A DNA stretch of 45,164 nucleotides from Bacilli bacterium (GCA_016290195.1 JAEETF010000025.1:1-45164); one strand, 5' to 3'; positions 18,627 through 28,100 are shown, counted from the first letter of the stretch. Numbers and translations: made by a program. The notes: generated from the letters alone by a model not told the origin.

Positions 18627-21600
18627 ATGAAAAGAAAAGGATTTACTTTAGTAGAATTATTAGCTGCCATTTTAATTATTGGAATAGTAGCATTAATTTC
18701 AGTGCCAATATTTAATTCGACAGTTAAAAATTCAAAAAAATCAACTTTTCAACAGAATGCTGTTAACATATTAAAAATGGTACATATAGAACGTAACAAC
18801 GATGGTAAGACTAATGATAGCGATATTGTTGAAGAATATATAATAAGTTCAGCTGATAATGCTGTTTATTTTAATGGTGAAAAAATAAGTACAGATTATG
18901 ATGGAAAAATAGATGGAGATGGTGTTGTAAGTATTGATAGTGATGAAAGAACTGCAATACTATATTCAAATAGTGAATGGTGTGCTTATAAGTTTTTTGA
19001 TGACACAGATGTTAAAATAATAGATGGTAATTGTGATTCAATTATGACTAATTGCAATAATCCAGAAATAATTATCAATCCAGAAAACAAATGGTCACAA
19101 TATAAAGTAGTAAGTACAAATTTTATTAGAGGTATATGTGGAAGTGTAAAATATAGTCTTAATGGTGAAAATTATGAGGAATATAGAGGGCAAGTTGAAA
19201 TAAGAACGAATAATACTAATTTTTCTCTAAAAACGATTAAAAATGACAATTCAGAAATAATTAGAACGGCTCAAATTACAAATATTGATACAACAGCTCC
19301 TACAAATGTAAGTGCAAGTGTTTCAATAGATAATTCAACGCTTACAATCGTTGGATATGCATCAGATTTAGAAAGCGGAATATCAGCATATGCATTTAGC
19401 CTTGATGATGGGAAAACATGGTCATCTTATCAAGAAACAAATACATATACTATTACTAATCCAGAAAACAAAACATATATGATAAGAGTAAAGGCTTATA
19501 ATGGTACATATAATAGTATAGGTGCTCAAGAATCACTTGGTGCTTCAATATCTGATGCAGTAATTACAACAATTCCATCTTGTCCACTACCAACATTTAG
19601 TGTTACACCAGCTGCAAATATTTGGACACAAAAGAAAATTGTTACGATAGATTATCACAATTCAAATAATAGTGAATGTGTAGGTAGTTATAGCATAGAT
19701 GGTGGAGTAACATGGCAAACAGGTAATTCTGTTATATTTACTGGTGAAGGAAATATAAGTGCTAAAACTGAGAAAAACGCAAATAATAAAAATATTAACA
19801 ATTTAAGCATAATAAATGTTGATAATACTAAACCAAATTATGTGAATTTTTCATACAGTAGAACAACAAATAGTATTACAATAATACCAACTGCTATAGA
19901 TTCAGAAAGTGGAATATGGGGTTACGAATACTATTTGGATAATGAACTTCGTGGAACATCAAGTGATCCAACATTTACTTTTACAAATCTTTCTACAAAT
20001 GTAAAAGACACGTACGATGTAAAAATAGTTGCTATAAATAATGCATATCAAAATACTCCATCGGAAGATAAAAATAAATTGATAGGTTCGCTTGAATCAG
20101 AAACTAAAAGTATTAAATTATTGGTATGTCCAGCTCCAACATTTAAGGTGGAACCAAGTGGTAGTGAATGGGTTCCTTCAAGAACAGTGCATATTCAATA
20201 TGGTAATGTAAATGGTTGCATAGGTTCTTATAAAAAAGATGATGGACAGTGGACAAGTGGTGATACTGTGGTATTCACTGCCAATGGTCACTTGGATGCT
20301 AAAAATACTGATGGTACAAATGAAGTACATGCAATTTCTTCTATTGAAATAATTAATGTTGATTCAGTACCTCCAACATTTACTAGTTTATCAGTTGAAT
20401 CTCCATTAACAGGTAGTTATCCACAAGGCGAAAAGATAAGAATAGCAGCAACATTTAGTGAGAATGTTTATACTAGTGATAAACAATTATTATCTACTGA
20501 TATTTCACAAGCTCCAAATCTAAGTATAAAAATTGGATCAGGTTCTGTAATAAATGTACCTAAAAAATCTGTAAGTGGAAATAAAATTATTTATGAATAT
20601 CAAACAACAAAAGATGATCTAGGAGTAGTATCACTAGTATCATTTAGTGGAACAATTTATGATAGAGCTGCTAATAATTTAACAGTTACTACTCCAACTA
20701 GTGTAGGTGGTTTACCTATTACAATTGAAAAAAATATTCAAATAGCAACAAGTGGAAATTCAAAAGTAGTGATTTCTTCGCCTAAATTACCATCTGGTGG
20801 TGATTGGGTATTTGAATATGCTATAGATGGAACAGATTTTTATCCAGCCACAAATCCTCAAGAACTATCACCAATTGCTAGTACCACTATATATGCTAGA
20901 TATAGACAAACAGGTACTAATTCTACTTCATTACCTGTAGTTACTTGTGAAACTGAATATCAATTTATTTCAGGAGATACACGTACAGTAATGCTAGATG
21001 ATTTTATTGGTAAATTTGTCACTAATTTTGTTTCAAATAATGGTTATTCTAGATGGAGAATATTTGGGGTATATGATGGTGCAGTGTGGTTGATACCAGA
21101 ATATTATATTCCAACATCACAAATTAATAATAATTGTTCAGAATACTGGAGTAGTTTTGAAGGAGTAGCACTTGACACAGATTGTTTCCATATAGTTAAC
21201 AACTATGTTATAAAGAATAATACTATGTGCGATGGTAGTTGTTTAAGCTATGGTTTTACTAAACAAGCCGTATGGTCAAGATTAATTGATAATACATTTA
21301 CTGACTATATTCAAGGAGCAGCACAGGGTGATTTATTCATATCGTCATATAATAGCGTGGAACATACTCCAGGCTATAGACAAAAATTTGAACAATTAGG
21401 AATTATTGCTACAACATCACCTACTTCCGACAAAATAGATCCAAATGATTATAAAAATAATAATGATGGAAGTAACTATGGATTATGGGCTATAGATTCA
21501 CAAACAAACGCTTCAGCTTATTTCCTATATGATTATTATGGTGGTAGTCATTATGCAATATGGAATGATGGCCATATGGCCCCAACTGATACAGATGCAA

Positions 21601-22946
21601 GTAGAGAAAATTCTGGATATTCACCAAATCCAGTTGGAATAAGGCCTGTTGTTAAATTAAAAAACAATACTAAATTTACTAAGCATGTTGACGAAAATGA
21701 TATAATCACATATACAATTGAATTAACAAATGAATCTGCTAAGCCAACAGTTGATTTTACAATGTCTCATGCGGGTTCTATCGTAACATCTGGTTCCAAT
21801 GTATATGGTGAAGTTACAGTAGTGGCAACATGTAATAATCCACTTAATAATGGTATTAAAAAATATAATATTGAAGTATATGATGGTGAAACTTTAAAAA
21901 CTTCTACAAATAATTCAACGATTACATTTGATGCTTCAACATTTACTACTAATAATATAAATATAAGTGCTACGTGTACTACTGCAACAGGTATTAATAG
22001 TGATTCAAAAACAGCAATCTTATATAAAGTTGCTCCACCAGCTCCAACAATTGATTACACAATTACTTATGGTGGACTAACTATACCATCAGGTTCAACA
22101 GTTAATGGAACAGTAACTATTAATGCTGTATGTAATAATCCATATGGCTATAATACGAGGGCATTTAATATTGAAATCTATGATGGAACAACATTAAAAT
22201 CAAACTCATCAACTTCTACGGCAACTTTAGATTCTAGAACATTTACAAGCAATAATATAAATATAAGTGCAACTTGTACATCTACTACAGGTGTAACAAG
22301 TGTACCAAAAACGGCAACTTTAGTTAAAGGAGCTGAAGCAGAGACAACAACTTGTGAAATAATTCAAGGACGTTGTGCACCTTTATGTAACAATGAAAAA
22401 TCAATATATATTACTAATTGCAATAATTTGTGTGGAAATGATCCAAATTATCCCGAATGTTCCGACTGTTCATCTTTCGGAGAAACACAACGTATAAGTT
22501 GTATGTCAACATGTATGTCGTCATTAGGTGAAGATTATAATTTGTCATGTACAATCGGTGGATCTTCTTCAAGTGATGAAGCAACTTGTTCGCAAATAAT
22601 TTCTACATGTTCTGTTAATTGTTCAAATGCTGGTTCAAGTTGTTATAGCGCTTGTTCAGCAGCCGGAGCTTCAAATTGTTCTAGTTGTAGTAATGCAGTT
22701 TATTCATGTTTGAATTCTTGTGTAAAATATAGAGCTCGTGCAAGTGAGATAGAGTGTGAATACTCTGTTTCAAGTGGAGGTTCTGATTCTTGTGGCGCAG
22801 ATGCTATGGAAAGATGTCAACAACATGAAGCAGGGCAATCTTGCTGGAATGTTTCTGAGTCACCAGATGGAAGCCAGCATGTTGAATATGGTGGCAGTGT
22901 TGAATGTAGATGCCTTGATGGTTCTGTAGTACCAGTTTGTAATTAA
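18627..22946 (+). CDS. giant prepilin-type N-terminal cleavage/methylation domain protein (type IV pilin-like adhesin) with Ig/FN3-like repeats and Cys-rich C-terminus
   Basis: MKRKG|FTLVELLAAILIIGIVALISVP class III signal with E5; repeated beta-rich modules; 26 Cys in last ~200 aa; AAGGTGA SD before ATG 18627. Confidence 0.85.
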   Translation: MKRKGFTLVELLAAILIIGIVALISVPIFNSTVKNSKKSTFQQNAVNILKMVHIERNNDGKTNDSDIVEEYIISSADNAVYFNGEKISTDYDGKIDGDGVVSIDSDERTAILYSNSEWCAYKFFDDTDVKIIDGNCDSIMTNCNNPEIIINPENKWSQYKVVSTNFIRGICGSVKYSLNGENYEEYRGQVEIRTNNTNFSLKTIKNDNSEIIRTAQITNIDTTAPTNVSASVSIDNSTLTIVGYASDLESGISAYAFSLDDGKTWSSYQETNTYTITNPENKTYMIRVKAYNGTYNSIGAQESLGASISDAVITTIPSCPLPTFSVTPAANIWTQKKIVTIDYHNSNNSECVGSYSIDGGVTWQTGNSVIFTGEGNISAKTEKNANNKNINNLSIINVDNTKPNYVNFSYSRTTNSITIIPTAIDSESGIWGYEYYLDNELRGTSSDPTFTFTNLSTNVKDTYDVKIVAINNAYQNTPSEDKNKLIGSLESETKSIKLLVCPAPTFKVEPSGSEWVPSRTVHIQYGNVNGCIGSYKKDDGQWTSGDTVVFTANGHLDAKNTDGTNEVHAISSIEIINVDSVPPTFTSLSVESPLTGSYPQGEKIRIAATFSENVYTSDKQLLSTDISQAPNLSIKIGSGSVINVPKKSVSGNKIIYEYQTTKDDLGVVSLVSFSGTIYDRAANNLTVTTPTSVGGLPITIEKNIQIATSGNSKVVISSPKLPSGGDWVFEYAIDGTDFYPATNPQELSPIASTTIYARYRQTGTNSTSLPVVTCETEYQFISGDTRTVMLDDFIGKFVTNFVSNNGYSRWRIFGVYDGAVWLIPEYYIPTSQINNNCSEYWSSFEGVALDTDCFHIVNNYVIKNNTMCDGSCLSYGFTKQAVWSRLIDNTFTDYIQGAAQGDLFISSYNSVEHTPGYRQKFEQLGIIATTSPTSDKIDPNDYKNNNDGSNYGLWAIDSQTNASAYFLYDYYGGSHYAIWNDGHMAPTDTDASRENSGYSPNPVGIRPVVKLKNNTKFTKHVDENDIITYTIELTNESAKPTVDFTMSHAGSIVTSGSNVYGEVTVVATCNNPLNNGIKKYNIEVYDGETLKTSTNNSTITFDASTFTTNNINISATCTTATGINSDSKTAILYKVAPPAPTIDYTITYGGLTIPSGSTVNGTVTINAVCNNPYGYNTRAFNIEIYDGTTLKSNSSTSTATLDSRTFTSNNINISATCTSTTGVTSVPKTATLVKGAEAETTTCEIIQGRCAPLCNNEKSIYITNCNNLCGNDPNYPECSDCSSFGETQRISCMSTCMSSLGEDYNLSCTIGGSSSSDEATCSQIISTCSVNCSNAGSSCYSACSAAGASNCSSCSNAVYSCLNSCVKYRARASEIECEYSVSSGGSDSCGADAMERCQQHEAGQSCWNVSESPDGSQHVEYGGSVECRCLDGSVVPVCN
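21744..22330 (+). repeat. two diverged 100-aa (300-bp) Ig-like repeats within the pilin-like gene
   Basis: PTVDFT...VATCNNP...TFTTNNINISATCT (from 21744) and PTIDYT...NAVCNNP...TFTSNNINISATCT (from 22044). Confidence 0.85.
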
Positions 22947-22977
22947 GGAAAACACATTTTATTGTGTTTTTCTTTTT
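22945..22977 (+). terminator. intrinsic terminator after pilin-like gene
   Basis: AAGGAAAACACA-ttttat-TGTGTTTTTCTT plus U-tract. Confidence 0.65.
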
Positions 22978-23019
22978 AATAATTAAGAAAATATAGTATA
23001 ATATTAATTGGTGAGATTT

Positions 23020-23961
23020 ATGAATAAAAAAGTCGTAGTTTTAGGTGGAGGAACAGGTTTATCAACAATGCTTCGTGGTTTAAAAGAATTTCCACTTGAT
23101 ATAACTGCTATTGTATCTGTTTGTGATGATGGTGGAAGTACAGGAGTATTACGTAAAGAATTTAATATGTCAGCAGTTGGTGATATTAGAAAAGTAATTG
23201 CTGCACTTTCAACAACAGAACCTTTGATTGAAGAATTATTAAATTATCGTTTCGAAACAACAAGTGATTTAAATAATCATACTATTGGTAATTTACTTCT
23301 TACTGCTTTAACTAATATTACAGGAAATTTGTCTGATGGTATTGAATCACTTTCTAATGTCTTAAATTTAAAGGGAAAAGTATTACCTCTTACAGAAGAT
23401 GATGTAGTATTAATGGGTAAAATGGAAGATGGTACAATAGTAGAAGGTGAACATAATATTACTGAGGATAAAAGAAAAATAAAGGATGTTTATTATAAAG
23501 AACTTCCTATTGTAAATCCAGTTGCTCTTAATGCTATAAAAGAAGCAGATTTAATAATATTAAGTATGGGTAGTTTATTTACAAGCATAGTTCCAAATCT
23601 TATATGTCCAGAAATAAGAAAAGTACTTGATAAAAGTAAGGCAAAAATAATGTACGTATGTAATATGACAACACAACCAGGAGAAACAGATGAATTTAAA
23701 GTAAGTGATCATATTAATCTATTAAATAAATATCTTGGTGAAAAGAAAATTAGTATGGTAGTTGCGAATAATGGTCGAATTGATCCAGAAATAGCTCTTA
23801 AATACTCTACTTTGGAACAAAAAGATCCAGTTAGATTAGATCCAGAAAATATTGATAGTAGTGTTAATATAATAAGTTCAAATTTTGTAAGCATTGAAAA
23901 TAATGTTATAAGACATAATGCAATTAAATTATCATCTTATATCTTTATGAGTATGTTATAA
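23020..23961 (+). CDS. yvcK: YvcK/GlmR family UDP-GlcNAc-binding (gluconeogenesis factor) protein
   Basis: GGGTGLS, DDGGSTG, GNL, GSLFTSIVPNL, NMTTQPGET, RH; upstream of whiA. Confidence 0.93.
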   Translation: MNKKVVVLGGGTGLSTMLRGLKEFPLDITAIVSVCDDGGSTGVLRKEFNMSAVGDIRKVIAALSTTEPLIEELLNYRFETTSDLNNHTIGNLLLTALTNITGNLSDGIESLSNVLNLKGKVLPLTEDDVVLMGKMEDGTIVEGEHNITEDKRKIKDVYYKELPIVNPVALNAIKEADLIILSMGSLFTSIVPNLICPEIRKVLDKSKAKIMYVCNMTTQPGETDEFKVSDHINLLNKYLGEKKISMVVANNGRIDPEIALKYSTLEQKDPVRLDPENIDSSVNIISSNFVSIENNVIRHNAIKLSSYIFMSML

Positions 23962-24878
23962 TGTCCTTTACTAGTAAAACAAAAGATGAAATTATATCTT
24001 TAAAGTTCAATAAGGCTGAAGAAATATCATTTGCATCTGCTATTATTAAAAATATAGGTGTAATTGATGGCAATTTTAAAGTAATGACAGAAAATGAATT
24101 ACTTGCTAGATTAGTTTATAATTTTTTAAAAAATAATTATAATAAGGATATCAAAATTACTGTTCGTCGTGGATATAATTTTCATAAAAATTACTTATAT
24201 ATATTAGAAATAAATAAAAAAATAGAAGATATAATTGATGATTTTGGATTCAAATCTGGAAAAATTAAAGAATTTTTAATAGATGATATGGCTCTTAAAA
24301 GAGCATACCTAGCCGGTCTATTTATGGCAACTGGTAGTATTAATGATCCAAGTACTGCTAGATATCATTTGGAATTTATAATAAATGGAGCAGATTATGC
24401 TGTAAATGTTCAATATCTATTGAATGAGTTTAATCTTAATAGCAAAATCTTAAAAAGAGATAATAAATATATGATATATGTTAAAGAAGCGGAAAAGATT
24501 GCTGATTTTTTGCGTATTATAAGTGCTACTAAATCACTTCTTTATTATGAAGATGTTCGTGTATATAGAGAAAGTAAGAATTTGGCTAATCGCTTAAATA
24601 ATTGCGAACAAGCAAATGTTGATAAAACAATAATGGCTGCTAGTGATTTAATTAATGAAATAAATTATTTAAAAGCAAATAATACTTTTGAATTATTAGA
24701 CGATAAAGTTAGAATAGTTGCAGAATATCGTTTAAAATATGAAGAAGCTTCTCTTCAGGAACTTAGTGAAATAATTAGTAGTGAAATGCAGTCTAAAATA
24801 ACTAAATCTGGAGTAAGTCATCGTTTAAATAAGGTAAAAGAGTTTGCTACTCGTATGCATAAATTTGACAAAAATTAA
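23961..24878 (+). CDS. whiA: DNA-binding protein WhiA
   Basis: MSFT..K.E, GSINDP...YHLE, NRLNNCEQAN.DKT, TKSGVSHRL; TAATG overlap with yvcK. Confidence 0.95.
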   Translation: MSFTSKTKDEIISLKFNKAEEISFASAIIKNIGVIDGNFKVMTENELLARLVYNFLKNNYNKDIKITVRRGYNFHKNYLYILEINKKIEDIIDDFGFKSGKIKEFLIDDMALKRAYLAGLFMATGSINDPSTARYHLEFIINGADYAVNVQYLLNEFNLNSKILKRDNKYMIYVKEAEKIADFLRIISATKSLLYYEDVRVYRESKNLANRLNNCEQANVDKTIMAASDLINEINYLKANNTFELLDDKVRIVAEYRLKYEEASLQELSEIISSEMQSKITKSGVSHRLNKVKEFATRMHKFDKN

Positions 24879-24893
24879 ATTTTGTGTTAATAT
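24865..24893 (+). promoter_or_regulatory. sigma-A-type promoter
   Basis: TTGACA-17-TAATAT with TG extension. Confidence 0.6.
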
Positions 24894-24919
24894 ATGCACC
24901 ACGAAAAAGGGGGATTATT

Positions 24920-25465
24920 ATGTCAAAAATTAATTTATATGACAAATGTAAGATGTTTTTAAATAAAAATAATACAGCTGTAATAGCAGCTACAACTATT
25001 ATTGGAGCTGGAATAATTGTAGGTGCACAATATTTACCTGCAACTGTTCCAGAAAAAAGTGTAGTAATGGATCAAGATATAGAAGTTAATAGCATTAATG
25101 AAAGTAATTCTAAACCATTAATTTCAGAAATTGATTATAACATGACTATACCTTCAAATAATGATTTGGGATATGAAAATGTAATAGTAAAGGATATAGC
25201 TTTTACTGTTGAAGATATTATGGGTAATAAAAAATTAATTGCATCGCGTGACTTAGATAAAAATTATGCTGACATTAAACAAATTCAAGCACTTTTATAT
25301 ACTAAAAATATTTCTAACGGCACAAGTTCAGCATTAAGACAAGAAAAAGTATATGCAACAGCATATTTAGTATATAATGAAGATGGTACTAAAGAATATC
25401 ATATTATTTCTGATTTAAAAGATTATGCAAATACAAATGAAGACACAAAAACTTTTCAAAAATAA
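24920..25465 (+). CDS. hypothetical membrane-anchored protein
   Basis: AAGGGGG SD; single N-terminal hydrophobic segment (AVIAATTIIGAGIIVGA); no recognised family. Confidence 0.7.
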   Translation: MSKINLYDKCKMFLNKNNTAVIAATTIIGAGIIVGAQYLPATVPEKSVVMDQDIEVNSINESNSKPLISEIDYNMTIPSNNDLGYENVIVKDIAFTVEDIMGNKKLIASRDLDKNYADIKQIQALLYTKNISNGTSSALRQEKVYATAYLVYNEDGTKEYHIISDLKDYANTNEDTKTFQK

Positions 25466-25521
25466 TAATATGTTATTGAAAATATATAGTAATTTTAATT
25501 AAATATAATGGGGTGATATTT

Positions 25522-25575
25522 ATGTCATTACTTTGTATAATCAAAATAATAAAAATGCTTAAGAATAAAAAATAA
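25522..25575 (+). CDS. putative 17-aa small peptide MSLLCIIKIIKMLKNKK
   Basis: GGGGTGA SD 5 nt before ATG; intergenic; followed by terminator-like hairpin. Confidence 0.4.
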   Translation: MSLLCIIKIIKMLKNKK

Positions 25576-25588
25576 AATTGTGATAATT

Positions 25589-25621
25589 AACAATCATCTT
25601 TTTGTGTGGTGGTTGTTTTTT
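25589..25621 (+). terminator. terminator-like hairpin directly upstream of the RSH gene RBS
   Basis: AACAATCATC-9 nt-GGTGGTTGTT (two G-U pairs) followed by TTTT. Confidence 0.5.
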
Positions 25622-25637
25622 GTTAGGAGTTGGTTTT

Positions 25638-27152
25638 ATGTTTGAAGAATTTATCAAAACAATAAAAGAATATAATCCAGAAGAAGTAGAAATTATAACT
25701 AAGGCTTATAAAATGGCAGAAATACTTCATAGTGGACAAAAAAGACAAAGTGGAGAACCATATATTGTTCACCCATTAGCAGTTGCTAGTATTCTTGCTG
25801 AAATGAAAGCAGATAGAGATACTATATGTGCGGCACTTTTACATGATACACTTGAAGATACAAATATTACTAAAGAAGAAATAGCTAGAGAATTTAATCC
25901 TACTGTTGCAAACTTAGTAGATGGTGTTACTAAAATAACTAAAGAATCAGTGGTTAAAGAATATAATAAAATGGCTGCTGGTTTTATTAGTGGTCCTGAA
26001 TTAAATATTATGAATAAGGAAGATCAGGATTTAGCTAACACAAGGAAAATAATAGTTGGTATTACTGAAGATGTTAGAATTATTATTATTAAACTTGCAG
26101 ATCGACTTCATAATATGCGTACACTACAGTATAAATCTGAATACAAACAAAAGGAAAATGCTTTAGAAACAATGGACTTATTTGTGCCACTTGCCTATTA
26201 TATAGGTGCATATCGTATAAAAAATGAATTAGAAGATTTATCACTAAGATATTTAAAGCCAGATGAATATCGTAGAATAGAAGAACAAAAACTAAAAATT
26301 GAAGAAGAAAGTAATCAATGTTTACTGGAAATGTATACAAAGATAATGGAAATATTAAATGCAAAAGAAATTCCTAATGAAATTAAAATGCGAACTAAAA
26401 ATATATATGGTATATATAAATGTTTAAAAGAGGGACAAAAATTATCAGATATACCAGATTTACTTGCATTAAAAGTTATGGTTGATACAATAGATAATTG
26501 TTACCGCACACTTGGATTAATACATAGTGAGTATCATCCAATTAATAATAAGTTTAAAGATTATATTTGTAATCCAAAAACTAATATGTATCGTTCACTT
26601 CATACAACCGTTTTTGGAAGCAATGATAGAATTGTTCAAACCCAAATTAGAACATTTGATATGGATAAAGTTGCTTCTTTTGGTCTTACTTATTATTGGG
26701 ATTTAAAGAAGGGTGATGCTAGAAATGTTATGCAAGAAGAATTAAGACAAAAGTATCAGTTTTATAAATCTTTAACAGAAATAAATGCTATGTTTAGTGA
26801 TAATAAAGATTTTGTTAATCAAGTAAAATATGAGTTATTTTCAACTAAAATATATGTTCATGCATCACTTGATGTTAAAACAGAAGCAAGAAAATTTAGT
26901 GGTGATATTGAACTTCCAGTTGGTTCTACATTAATTGATTTAGCTTATAAAATAAATACTAATGTAGGAAATACAATGGTAGCAGCAAAAGTAAATGATG
27001 AGTATGTGTCTCTTGATCATGTTCTTGAAAATAATGATATAGTAAAGATTATTACAGATGATCTATCATTTGGTCCAAAACAAGATTGGATTGAAAAAGC
27101 ACATACTGGATATGCTAAACAAAAGATAAAAGAATATGGTATAAAAATATAG
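25638..27152 (+). CDS. RelA/SpoT homologue: HD hydrolase + degenerate synthetase + TGS, no ZFD/ACT
   Basis: HSGQKRQSGEPYIVHP, LLHDTLED, KLADRLHNMRTL, KDYI.NPK.N.Y.SLHT, LPVGST..D.AY (TGS); AGGAG SD before ATG 25638. Confidence 0.9.
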   Translation: MFEEFIKTIKEYNPEEVEIITKAYKMAEILHSGQKRQSGEPYIVHPLAVASILAEMKADRDTICAALLHDTLEDTNITKEEIAREFNPTVANLVDGVTKITKESVVKEYNKMAAGFISGPELNIMNKEDQDLANTRKIIVGITEDVRIIIIKLADRLHNMRTLQYKSEYKQKENALETMDLFVPLAYYIGAYRIKNELEDLSLRYLKPDEYRRIEEQKLKIEEESNQCLLEMYTKIMEILNAKEIPNEIKMRTKNIYGIYKCLKEGQKLSDIPDLLALKVMVDTIDNCYRTLGLIHSEYHPINNKFKDYICNPKTNMYRSLHTTVFGSNDRIVQTQIRTFDMDKVASFGLTYYWDLKKGDARNVMQEELRQKYQFYKSLTEINAMFSDNKDFVNQVKYELFSTKIYVHASLDVKTEARKFSGDIELPVGSTLIDLAYKINTNVGNTMVAAKVNDEYVSLDHVLENNDIVKIITDDLSFGPKQDWIEKAHTGYAKQKIKEYGIKI

Positions 27153-27154
27153 AC

Positions 27155-27183
27155 TTGAAAAAAAATGAAAAATGTGCTATAAT
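27155..27183 (+). promoter_or_regulatory. sigma-A promoter
   Basis: TTGAAA-17-TATAAT with TG extension. Confidence 0.75.
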
Positions 27184-27208
27184 ATAACACATATTTTGGG
27201 GGGAAAGT

Positions 27209-28081
27209 GTGAGTATGAAAGGTGTTACTGAAGAATTAGTGATTTATAGAGGATTGAGAGAAAAATGTGTTGAACAAAAAAAGCTTAGTTTGCAAGAGTT
27301 TTTGCATCCTTTAATGCTTAAAGTTGTATCACTTATATGTAATAAAAATATAAAAATATTAAATGCTGAAAAGCTGCCAAAAAAGGATGAAGTATGTATT
27401 TATGCTTTTAATCATACTAATGGCCATGATTTTCCAACAGCAGCTTGTACTGTAAAAAATCATTTTTATATTTTAGCTGATTATACTATGCAAAAAGATC
27501 TATTAGTAAATATAGTTAATAGATTAAATGGTGTAATTTATGTAGATCGAAAAAATAAAGAATCTAGAGCAATAGCCAAAGATAAATTACTTAATAAATT
27601 ATCAGATGGAAAGAATGTTTTTATATTTCCAGAAGGAACTTGGAATTTAACTCCAAATAAAATGATGTTACCACTTAATTGGGGAATAATTGAAATAGCT
27701 CGTTTATCTGGAGTACCAATTATTCCAGCTGCTATTGAATATAAGGATAATAAAGCTTATGTTAATGTAGGCGATAGATTCTATGTTCAAGAAAATGATG
27801 ATAAGAAAATTAAAATAGATGAACTTACAGATGTAATGGCAACCTTACGATGGGAATTAATTAGTTCATTTGGTATAACAGCAAGAAATTCATTACCTAA
27901 AGATGCTTATGATCAATTTGTAAATGCTGCATTAGCTACTTATAAAAAATTAGATTATGAATATGAACAATCAGTTATTTTGAAAAAAGATGTAACATCT
28001 GATGATGTATATGAATGTATGAATAATGTAGAAGTAACTAAAAATAATGCATTTTTATTAAGTAAAAAAATACATAATTAG
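27209..28081 (+). CDS. lysophospholipid (1-acyl-sn-glycerol-3-phosphate) acyltransferase family protein
   Basis: NHTNGHD (NHxxxxD), VDR, FPEGT, VPIIP motifs. Confidence 0.85.
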   Translation: MSMKGVTEELVIYRGLREKCVEQKKLSLQEFLHPLMLKVVSLICNKNIKILNAEKLPKKDEVCIYAFNHTNGHDFPTAACTVKNHFYILADYTMQKDLLVNIVNRLNGVIYVDRKNKESRAIAKDKLLNKLSDGKNVFIFPEGTWNLTPNKMMLPLNWGIIEIARLSGVPIIPAAIEYKDNKAYVNVGDRFYVQENDDKKIKIDELTDVMATLRWELISSFGITARNSLPKDAYDQFVNAALATYKKLDYEYEQSVILKKDVTSDDVYECMNNVEVTKNNAFLLSKKIHN

Positions 28082-28100
28082 TTACAAAAATATTATGATA

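Noticed and set aside
18716-18722. Perfect Spo0A box (TTCGACA) early in the pilin-like gene; near-match TGTCGAT at about 39550
   Set aside because: Single 7-mers, one inside coding sequence; not distinguishable from chance
18627-22946. Complete diversity-generating retroelement around the pilin-like gene
   Set aside because: No reverse transcriptase, accessory gene or template repeat seen in the window
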